64,000 nucleotides of DNA, taken from Hydrolagus colliei. Taxonomy: Eukaryota. The stretch is taken from the NCBI GenBank assembly GCA_035084275.1, contig CM068751.1, positions 20,708,001 to 20,772,000 of the forward strand. Direction: 5' to 3'. The notes beneath the pieces are model-generated. The model did not search any database and was not told the origin of the DNA. It saw only the letters and a program-made list of their open reading frames with translations. The translations under genes were made by a program, and so were the position numbers. The stretch's first letter is position 1, and the number at the start of each line of letters is the position of its first letter. This document shows positions 43,301-55,300 of this stretch, in pieces.

Positions 43301-46300
43301 TCCCCAAAGAGGTGACTGAAGACAAATAGATTTGTGGAATAGGTGACCGGGAAATGACCTGAGCAGAGAAAGCACCAAATGGCTCATAAATACCTATAGT
43401 ACCCCATTAGGGCATAGTTTCTATAGTAAAGTCTTGAATTGTAATTCCAGTTCATTCCACCATCTTTAAATTGAATGAGACAAAAGGAATAGACCCCATC
43501 TGTGGTCAGAATTGCCTGGAAGGTGTTTGTCTGCAAAACAAAATGTGTTCAACACATAATTATCATTCTAACATTACCTAATTAAAAAAAGTCAAAGTCC
43601 ACTTGAGGAATAGCCTATTGAGACACAATGATTACAATCTTTATATCAGGGAATCTAGATACTTTAAATCAGATTTCACTCTATGAACAATTTACCTTTT
43701 ATATTTTTGGGAGGATGAACTTGAAAATACTGTACATACGATGTACAAGTGAATTCATCTAGCATTGATGAATGTGAAACAAATATAATAGGAGTAGAAT
43801 AAAGAGAGAAGGGGAAAGATAAGACAAACCAAAAGTCAGAATTAAAACTACTGTACTGACCATTTGATTATTTTTAATCAGAATAATATTTTTATGTATT
43901 CAAATAAAAAATACATTGAAGTCTATTCCTTCTGCAGTATTACTGCAATATTAATGATTGTCTCAGTTCAAAGGAAATTGTTACAAAAGCAGTCAGTGAG
44001 GCAGGAAGTCGAGAGGAAGTCAAAATGGAACGTTTTTCTCTGACTATTTGTACCATCAAATAAGATCGACAAGATCTAAAACCTCAGACACTATTAGAAG
44101 GTAAATACATACACTCAGAGGATCTCTGTTTGCATATCCAATGTAAGGGGGCACATCCTCCCAGGTAATCTTGAGGGCCCATTTAGGTGTGAAGGTTTCA
44201 ATGTCAAGTGTGTAGTAACTATTTACTTGTGCCTCGATGTCATTCTGGAGTTTCTGACTGTGAGAATCACTTCTGGCTGAGAAATCGTAAACCTGAAATG
44301 GGGCAGAAAGTTAGTGTTTCCATCGGCTCTTTTGACAGATACACAGCGGGTTCCGTGAAATGAGACATTAACTTGTCAGAATCAAAATAATCCCATTATA
44401 AACAACATAAGAGTTTTTTCTTATTGTTGTCGTTGTTGTTACACGAGGGTGTAGGAGAGGGTGGTGGGTGTGGGGGTTGGGGTGGGGTGGTGGGGACCGC
44501 TCAGTTGGAGGAGTACTCGAGTATTGCCATCAAAGCAAGTCAAGGTGGATGGATTCTGTCTTGTCCACGTTCAGCTGCAGATAGTTTGGTTCTATCCAGG
44601 ACTTGATGTCAGACAAGCAGGCAGACAGGATGTTGGTAAAAACTGGGCTCACAACTAACGATATGGGTGTCATCCACATACATGAGTCCTGTAGATCAGT
44701 GGTTAGAGCACTTGCCTTGCAAGCTTGAGAGGCGAGGCGAAGGGACTGTGGGATAGAATTTGGGGGTAGAAACCATTTCAGGACAAATGGTGCTGGTGGG
44801 TTATTTCAGCTTTAACAGACAGTTATATATAAACAAAAAAAATTCCAGGCAGGGTGAAACCTTAGGCAAGTTTCCTTACTCTACACGCCTAATAATAATC
44901 CCTCTAAAAATATTTAAAAAATAATAAATAGGTCATTTCAATCCACGACTGTTTGTTTGTGGGTGGGGGGGGGGGGGGAGATGCTGCTGTGCGCAATTGG
45001 CTGCCGTGTTTCGCCCACCTATATACAGTCAGTTCATTTTACAATATATTCTGTGAAGTGCTTTGAGGCATCTGGGAGACGTGAAAAGCACTATATCAAA
45101 TGCTAGGATTATTATTATTATTATTACAGCAAACAACAAAATGACATTTATAGAGCAGCCTTTCACATTGGGAGGACATCCCAAGGCACTGAACAATCAG
45201 GTTGGCACCCGAGAAGGGGCAAGGGCAGGGTAGGGGAGAAGGGAGGGAGAGAGATAGGAGGGGAGGGAGAGAGTTGGGAGGGCAGCAGAAGGCACGGTCG
45301 AAGAGGAGGGTCTTGAGACCGGCCTTGAAGGAGGCGAGGGAGGAAGCGAGGCGAAGGGACTGTGGGATAGAATTTGGGGGTAGAAACCATTTCAGGACAA
45401 ATGGTGCTGGTGGGTTATTTCAGCTTTAACAGACAGTTATATATAAACAAAAAAAATTCTACACAACCAATATGAAATCTGATTCTACATACCTGGTAAT
45501 ATATGGCTCCAATTCCTCTGGTTAAATCTGCATCATCCCAAAAAGCAGCTATCATTGGAGGTGTCCTCAGCGAGAAGTATTGACTGAATCCATAGAAAGT
45601 ATAGGGGTAGCGATATTGCACGTAGGAGTTATGTCTTTGAAATAGGATCAATCCATTGTCTGAAAACTATGCAAAGAAATTTCAATTTTAACCAGCTGTC
45701 TGTTCTGTCTTTTTTTTAATAATGAACGTAGTACTTTTCAAAAGCAAAATGTATGTTCGGAGAAGATTGATTTTCGGTTAAGGAGGCATTTGTCCTAATG
45801 TTATCGCAATTCTTATCAGGTGTATATGCTGCCTCGGGATCCATATAAGATCTTGTATTTCTATTATAATTTGCAGCTGTTTAGTGCAATAACAATGTAA
45901 GTATGGAATGAGAGGAATGAGAAAGTATCTTTCAATCTATCAAGTTTATTATTTCCATAAACTTTGTACAATTTACATTTTAATCCATTAGTAGGACAAG
46001 GAGCCCTTTTACATAGTTGTGTAAAAACTATCCAATTCACCCTTGGATACATATCCACTCTTCAATGCCTTCCCACTGAGTCTATAGATTTAGATAATCC
46101 TTTTAAATTCTGCCCCACATTCTGTGTCGTGGATTATCTCAGGTATAGATCCCTATAATCTGTATTCCTATCTCAGTATTTCTGGCACTAGGTACCAATG
46201 TGTTAAATGGATGGGCTTATCGTTATTTGGATAAAGATAGTGTTTATTGTTTCAGAGCCTTTAGAAATAGCAACATTGGTCACATTTAAAACAACAAGCT

Positions 46301-49300
46301 CCAATATATATATATATGTATATGTATATATGTATGTGTTTCAAGAAAACAAGAAGTAAATATCTATGACAGAGGTTTGCCAGGAATCTTGCAAATGAAG
46401 AAACAAAAAAAACAGGTTTGAATGAATGTGGCTGATAATTGTGATCTTTTTATCTTCGGGGATTTGCAGTCATTCAGAACTTAACCTCAGAGAATACAGT
46501 GGGTGGTGTGAGAAAAGGGTGTGGATGGAAATAATGAGCCTGAAGGGACAAATCTTTCTTCCCTTTTCTTACCCGTAAAATTAGCAGTTGACAAAGAAAT
46601 TCTTAAACTTACATATACTCTGTAGTAGAACGAATCATCAAAGGGAAAGCCATTTGGGATGTAGATGATGGGAGACACAAAGTCACGACTTCTAACTTGG
46701 AGTTTAATATCTCCATATTCTGCTCCATAGCCAAACAGCCGAATCTCTACAGAAAAAAAAATCAGTGAAATAATTGGGTCCTTTACAAACAAATGATTGT
46801 TACAATGTTCATGGTGTTCTACGGATTCCAGCGTAAAAGGACAGAACCATCGCATATCAGATCAGATTAATCAGCAATGACATCATACTTATAATAAAAA
46901 TTCAACATATCATTCGAATTAAAGTGCTTTAATTTGACACAATGCTTCACGCCCATAAATGCAATTGATGTTGTCATTGCACCTTTTTAAAGATGTGTAA
47001 AACTCTCCCATTTGTGAATGTGGACACAATTTGTTGACAGTGATGTCACCGACAAACCCATGTAATTTCCCGATTTAGAAGAAAAAATTGCCTGGATCAA
47101 ACGAATATCCCAGAACCTTCCCACAGAGTGGACAACAACAACTTGGATTTATATAGCGCCCTCCACGCCGGACGGAGTCTCAGAGCGCTTTTTTGGACGC
47201 AAGCGATGGAACCGAGTGCCAATATCTCACAAGAATTCTCCATGCAAAGGTAATACATTTATTCTCCTTAATTATGACAGACATCTTACATTACATCATC
47301 AATATTTCTCTCTTGCAAGTTACTAAAGGATCAGTGTTTGGTAATATTTCACTAAATCAATTGTTTTTTAAAAAAATATCTCTTATGAAACTATACCTCT
47401 GCAAATGATGCCATCACCTTCGTACCCTTCCTTGCAGGAACATGTGAAAGACCCCAAAGTATTGTTACATATCCCGTTATCCCGATCACAGTTGTCAGTC
47501 CGCTGGGAACATTCATTGACATCTGAATAGGAGAAGAAAATCCCCAAATAGCTAAAGTTAAAAATTAAATACCGGTAGTTAAACAAAATTGTCTTCATGA
47601 ACGTTAATTATCAAATTGGAATCAAATTGAAAGAACGTGTACCATAGTCTCATAAGCATAGTTACATTAAAGACAGTTAGTTAAATAATTTATAAAAGGT
47701 AACTCACCGAGTGACATCTCAATCTATAGAATAACAACAACAACAACAACAAATTACACTTATAAAGCGCCTTTCACGTGGGGAGGACGTCCCAAGGCGC
47801 TGGACAGGAGGCGTGTGACCCGAGCTGGGAGGGGAGTGTACGGGAAGGGGTGAGACACAAAGGGGAGGTCGAAGAATTCGGGGGGGAACAAAAGGCACGG
47901 TCGAAGAGGAAAGTCTTCAAACCGGCCTTGAAAGAGGAAAGGGAAGAAACGAGATGGAGGGATTGCGGGATGGAATTCCATAGGGTCGGAGCAGAAAAAC
48001 TGAAAATGATGAACTCATTCCTCAACAACAAAAAAAAAAGTTCTGATTTGCATGGATTTAATTGTGTTCAATTCCATAGAGTAGTTTCAGGCTAAGAAAA
48101 AGTAGCATTACATACAGTACAGTATTAATGATATTTAATAATTCCGTATGAGCGATTTTATAAACAGAATTGCTCTTCACTTTGCTCCAGTGTGGAAATA
48201 TCAGGTCTCTGTGACCCGATCATGGCAGCTTGAATTAGATTGATCTTCCCACTCTGTGTCACTACATTCTGTACGCTATTACAATACAGTACTGTATATC
48301 GTGCTTCAGCTTAAACCAATGCTGCGTTTATATTGAACCTCAGGTTACATCTACATTGCTAAAAGATGGCGATTTTTGACCTGCTGCACACAGTAATTCA
48401 TCTAGAAGCAAAACAGCTTCACTCCCATCCTATAAACACAATTATAATAATAATAACACTTGCATTTGATATAGCACCTATTACATGTCAAAGCGCTTCA
48501 TAGAAGTTACTGTAAAGTGAATTGACTGTATTTCTGGGACTGTACCTGTCTGGCAGCTCTTGCCTTTCCAGTTGTTCTGGCAAAAGCACCAATAGTCATT
48601 AATCTGGTTCACACAGAACCCATTATGTTGGCATGGAGAGCTGTGACAGTTGTCAATCACTGTAATTGCATTTAAAAAAAAAAGTTAATTAAGAAATTGT
48701 ATCTCGAGTGAATCCCCAGAAGCAAATCACACACACACACACATACATACATACACACACACATATATACATCCACACACACACATCCACACACACATGC
48801 ACAAACACACTTTCCAGCAAGTGGAGGTGGGGTGGGGCTAAGTCAATACATAGAACTTGCGCAGCAAAGCTGCCCTTAACAGTAATTCTCTGATTGCAAT
48901 GTGTTAACATAGACTCACCTTGTGTACAGAGTCTACCAGTATATCCAGGAGCACAAGTACAATTAAAAGCATTCATTAAATCTGTGCAGGTGGCTCCATT
49001 GTAACAAGGGTGGCTCTGACAATCGTCGATATCTGATGAACAAACAAATTCAATGAACTATTTCAGCATTGTCTGTTTCTGTAATGGAAGGCAACTCGGT
49101 GGAATATAAAGGCATGAAAAGATTATCAATGTATATTATTACTAAAGCACCAAATGTACAGCTACGTTTATATTGCTTAGCTCAGGTCCACCTCATTTTT
49201 GAAGCATAGCTATTCTCGAACACCGAGTAGGAGTTACAGTTTTGTTTATTGAATCAGAGAGTTTATATCATTGTCTGTAAATACTTTTGAAAAACCGCAG

Positions 49301-52300
49301 GATAGAAGATGAGATGCAGGTAAACAGCTCACCGGTTTCGCAGAGGCTTCCAGTGAAGCCTGCGTAGCACGTACAGCTGTAACTTCCTGGATTGTTTTTA
49401 CATATTCCATTAGTGCAGGGATTAGACACGCATTCATTTACATCTGTAAACAAGAACCACAAATAAAGAGTTCATTTGGTGAGAACATTTCATCTGAATA
49501 CTGCATACAGATATTGAAGGAAATAATTAATTTGGATAATTAACTCACTAATGTATGGCTGAAGAAGAATGTTACATGATTATACAGTACTTTCATGATT
49601 CTCCTGATTATTTGGGCCCCGTTGTGGATAAGGGAACATTGGGGATAACACAAGGTACAAATGGATTATATTTTCTCTCTCCAAGTATTTATCTGTCTGT
49701 GAATGACTGACTCTGTTTCTCACCCTGTCTGATATTGTCTTCATCAGCTCAGTCGTTTCTGAAATACTGAATAGATATCATGACCAGAACCACAACGCTG
49801 ACTGTAACATACTATGAAATGTACCTTCAGAGCAAAATTGTCCAGTCCAGCCATTAGCGCAGTTACAGTAGAATGAGCCATCTGTGTTCATGCAAGTTCC
49901 TCTCCTGTTGCAAGGGTTTGATGTGCACTCATTGATATCTGGCAGAAATACACCCAAATGTTTAAATACAAGGAAAATATCCTGATTATATTATAATAAT
50001 TGTAACATTAATATTGATAACATTAATATAATAGTACTGAACAGGAATATAAGATGTGAAAAGCGCTATATCAAATGCAAGGATTATTATATTATTATTA
50101 TTGCATATTTGCCCCATCATTATTAACACTATTTTGTATTTTAAAATAATTTTTCATAAATGAGAGAAATATGCTGTAGATCCTCTTTGTCCTGTTAAGA
50201 TGATTGTCCTGTTTAGACCCACCTGTTTGACCATAGAATTGGCCACTCACCTCCCTTCTCTGCCCTCCACCCATCCTGATTCCTCCCGCTCACCAACCCC
50301 CAGGTTCAGGTCCTAATCCCTGACTATTCAGCGCCTGAGGACATCCTCCCGATGTAAAGATGCTTAACAAATGTCATTTTGTATTGGGTGTAAATATCAT
50401 GTAAGTAGTTAGGCTTCAGAAGATTGTAACATTAAATCAGAGTCTTTCATTTTGACTTTATACTGAAGGGGGTTTAGGAGAGACCACAGAGAATTTATGA
50501 ACAGGCTCTCTCGGGAGAAGCAGGAAATGAAACACTGATTCCTTCAAACGCAGATTAGATCATTTTCTTTTAGGAAATAACATGATGGAGTAACATAGGG
50601 ACATACGTGAACGTGACCTCCAGGAGGTGGAAGGCAAACTAGATGGACTTTGGTCCTTTATTCATCTAACGTTTCTTAGGTTTTTATGGTGGTGCTTTAA
50701 TAAGATATTTGATTCTCAGACTCAGAGACATCTTAGCTGAACGCTGTTAGTCAGTTGAAGGCAAGGGTTTAATTGGTCAAATAAATTGTTCATTCCATTA
50801 TATTTCTTATGTTCCTATTCACTTAATTCGGGAAATTAAATATGTGAGATCTAGGCAATGATGTAGGAGGAGATACTTGTGTGAGAAACAACAGACTTGG
50901 TGAAATACCTAATCTTATCTCATTTGACATTTTTTATTGTAATGTATCTGAACTAACCTTCGTTACACAAACGTCCTCTCCAGCCAGAATAGCAATCACA
51001 CTCATAGTTAGTTTTTTCATTAACGCAGGATCCATTGACGCAGGGAGAGCTTTCACACTGATCAATTTCTAGAACAAACAGAAAACAAATGTTACAGGAG
51101 ATTTCTCTATAGATTTTCTTGTGACCATCCGAGTTAACATATGCCACACCACATCAGTATTGTTGTTACATTTATCCTAGAAATCTTTGCTGAAATATTT
51201 CACATGTATTACAAATATTATACAATTTGTATATGCCTTTCATATTAGGAGGCTGCTTCAAAGTCCTTAACACAATTGATGTGAATCCACACATAATATA
51301 ATAATAATATTGCATTTTATATAGCGCATTTCACATCTTCTAGAAGTCTCAAAGCGCTTCACAGAATTCACTGTAAAGTGAATTACAAATGTATATTTGT
51401 GGGCGAAACGCGGCAGCCAATCGCTCACGGCAGCGTCCCCCCCCACAAACAGCCGTGGATTGCAATGACCAATTTCTTACAGTTTATTTTTTGAAGGATT
51501 ATTATTGCGAGAATCGCTTCCTTTGCAAAATGCCATCAGCGGAACTTCTTGTGCAGCGTCCATACGTGTAGGAAGAGTGGCGTTGACGGCAACACAATAC
51601 TCAGGAGTTGGGCGTGAGGTTAGCCTGGGAAACCAGTCATTCCACACAGGAAATGGTATTGTATCACTGCTCAGGTAACCAGAGGTCCAAAGAGCAATAA
51701 AACCATTCTGTGCTCTAGTGAACAAGCATTTGACAATAGGCTGCCTTGTAGGTTGAAGAGGGGCGTGCGGAGGAATAGTTAATAAGCCAGTCAGGGAGTG
51801 AGTGAATTACCGTGGTGACAGAGGTGGGGGCAGGAGAAGAAATGACTTCAATTAGTGTGTTATTCTCTAGGAGAGACATTCTGCTTAGTTCACTACAGTA
51901 TTCCGATGGGTCCAATACAACTAACATTCTTGGATATTCTTATTGGAGAAGATCGAGCTTTTAGTTTTGCTGTCAAAGTGATTGATTCTGACTTAACAAA
52001 AGCAGAAACGGCAATCCAATCAATCACCACGTGCAGAAAAAAGACCTAATCCACGTTTCTGAAATGCCACAATCTTTTGCAAATAGCTTGTGGCTTTGTG
52101 GTTGAATTTTGACTTACCGTTACACGTTCTTCTGTCCCCTTCATCCAACACATAACCTGGTTGACATGAACATTTATAGCTCCCCAGAGTATTCACACAG
52201 CGCTGGGTACACATATTCAGTGCTATGGAATTGCATTCGTTGACATCTGTATGAAGAAAGAATTTACAATTACTTTTGGAGATATACTGATGACATGAGG

Positions 52301-55300
52301 AAGATATTTCTATTCAGGTAAACTGAAATCTGATAGACAATAAACCAGCAAATCTTTCAGTCTTTTAATGTTTCCTGCTTTCTGTGCAGGATAAGCTTTA
52401 ATGGGAATAAAATGAAATTGAGTCTCTTACGTTTACCTCACAAAGAAAAAATCAAACATACAAATAACATCCATGCAGTAATATCTCACCTTCACAGACT
52501 GTTTGCATGGTATTTTGAACAAATCCGTTCATACACTTGCACTGTTCTGTGTTATCAACAAAACATTCTCCATTGGTGCACTGGAGTTCACAAGCGTCGA
52601 TCGCTGTATTGACAACAATAGAATATATCATTTAAAAGCTTCTTATTATTCCAAACCCTGACAGCAACAATATTTTTGACAATTAAAATCATAAACGAGA
52701 ACAATGTAACTTGTTGGCCCTTTCCTCTCACCTTGGCAAGTCTTTCCATCTGATTTTAATTCAAATCCTGTCTTACAATTGCATTCATAGCCTCGGATGT
52801 CTTCAAATTTATTTTGTTCTATACAGATGTGGTCACAATCGTTATCTCCATTGCTGCATTCATCTGAATCTGTAAGTTAAACAGTATATAATGCAATTGT
52901 TTACATATTTCATCTTAACTATCTTTGTGGAGTTTTGTAGCTCATTGGTTAGAGCGCTTGCCTTGCAAGTGGGAGACCTGGGTTCAATTCCAGGCATTGT
53001 AAAACCTTGGGCAAGTTTCCTTACTACACAAGCACGATAAACAATGTGGGAAAATAAACAATGATGAATTGGTCTTTTCAATCCACAATTGTTTGTGGGG
53101 ACGCTGCTGTGCGCAATTGGCTGCCTCATTTCACCCACAAATATACAGCCAGTTTATTTTACAGCATATTCTGTGACTAGAAGATGTGAAAAGCGCGATA
53201 TCAAATCCAAGGATTATTATTAGTATTATTATTGTTTGCCGTATCAAATGTACTTAAATAATAATTTAGGAAAGGCCCTGTAAGCAAAGTACCTTCACCC
53301 CAATGTTAGTCGAAGTGAATATTCAGTGTTGGCTGCAAAGATAAATCACAGAAACTTTGCTGCCCAACTACAAGCTTTGCCCTGCATTGCTGGACATTTC
53401 ATGACAACGTGCGCTCCAACCTGAACTCCTTGCTCGCTACAAGACGACACAGATCAGTTGAGAGTAAAGTAAAATGAAGTTCAGCAAGTCAGAAAGTGCG
53501 TGGGTAAAGTTTAGCCAATAGTTTCAATTAAATATGAAAACAATTTGTCTTTGAAGTTACCTGTGTGCTGCAGCACTGACACCCCTGTGTTGGTCTTGTT
53601 CCCCGTTGTCACAGTTCTGATTGTGATTCTGTATTCACGGCCAGGTTTTAAACCGGAAAAGTTTGCAGTTAAATATTCGGTCGACTGTACAACAATGTTT
53701 TGTTGGGCCTCCGACGGCGATGTCAATCTGACATTATATGATAGCGCGGTTCCTTGTGCTGCTTCCCAGATAACTGCCAGAGATGTGTTCTGAATTCCAG
53801 TCGCTGGAAAGGTGATATTCCTGACAAATGCTGGGACTGGAACAAGCAAAAACATTCTTACATTAAATTCTAACTCGCGACAACACTTAGATTTTTGAAC
53901 TGCGAGTGTCATTAATTCACGTTTCAAATCCCCTCATCAGGATGCTACAGTAGTGTTGCAAATCTTTAAACCTACCATGAACCACTCATGACTTAAATAC
54001 TGCCCTTCTCCTCCTCTCAGGTAGAAGAACAAATCAAAGCGCATTAAAGAGGCAGAGCAGATCAAGGTAGATGAGTGGGTAAGGTAAGCAGGAGATGGCA
54101 CTCTAAAAAGTGTTTGTTTTTCTCTCCAGCATTTGAAAGCAAAAAAGGGAGTGAGGTATTTAGAGAATGTGTCCCAGAGAGTATGATCAAGGTGTCTGAA
54201 AGCTCATCTGTTGTTAGTGGGATGAAGAGATAATTAACCATTTTATTCCTTAGTTCCTTTGAGGTTTCTACTCCTGTTCCTCTGGAATTCCAACCTGCTC
54301 TATATATGTACCTTTTATCTTCCCTACGTCCCCAAGTGCTGAAACAAAGATCCACTTTTTTTTTGTTCCACAAACTCAATCTTTCCAAGGACCCTTGTAG
54401 AATTATTTAACTCTCTTTATCTTCTGTAACTCCTAAAATCTACAACAAACTATGAAACCCAAGTTTGGCATCATCATTCTCTCCTACATTTTACAATGTT
54501 TCTGAAGTTCACAATTTCTCAATATTTCTCAATTGAGATATACAATAGATATACAGAAAAAGATGATGTCTATTCGATCAAAATAAAATGAAGGACAATA
54601 GATCCAATTCCAGATTTCTAAATACTCAATACATTCAGTATAATTTTAAAAGTAAAGCTCCCTCTACTGGAAATACTATCTGATGGGTAGGGTTCATTTA
54701 TTAATTTAAAGGTTAGACCCAATGTAAACGGTTCAGAACTTTACCTGTAGTCACTTCCAAGGATCGATTTAGAAATTTATTGAATGTTTCAGTGAACAGA
54801 ACATCGACAGTGTAGGTTTGACCTGGATTAAGGTCAGAAAATGTGCAGGTATTTTCAGCGAAGTTAAATGTGCAGTTGTTGTGAATTTCTCCATCAATTT
54901 TGACTATGTATCCACACGTATCATGGATGTCATCAGACCACCTCAAGGTGAAAGTTTTGTTTTGGATGTACTTTGCTGAAATGTCTCCAAGATCTAAAGT
55001 AACATTTAACAGAGTCAATAACAATGACAGACTGGAGAAGTTTAAGAAAATTACTTCAAATGGTTTCATGTAAATAAATCCTGCCATACAACAATAACTC
55101 AACAAGATATCCTGCAATAGTTCAACAGTAATTCAGTAATAGACATACGTAACCCATATTAAAGGAGAAAAATATGAAACAAATCAACCCTATAGCCTAT
55201 CATAAACGAACAATATAGTCTTCAATAACAGGAATACAATCCTACAATTGAGAAGTTATATATTCCACAATACCTTGTTGAGTAAGTTGGCGACACAAGG

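Noticed and set aside
53293-53440. Possible extra exon between FN3 and the EGF array
   Set aside because: Stop codons in all three frames after the acceptor
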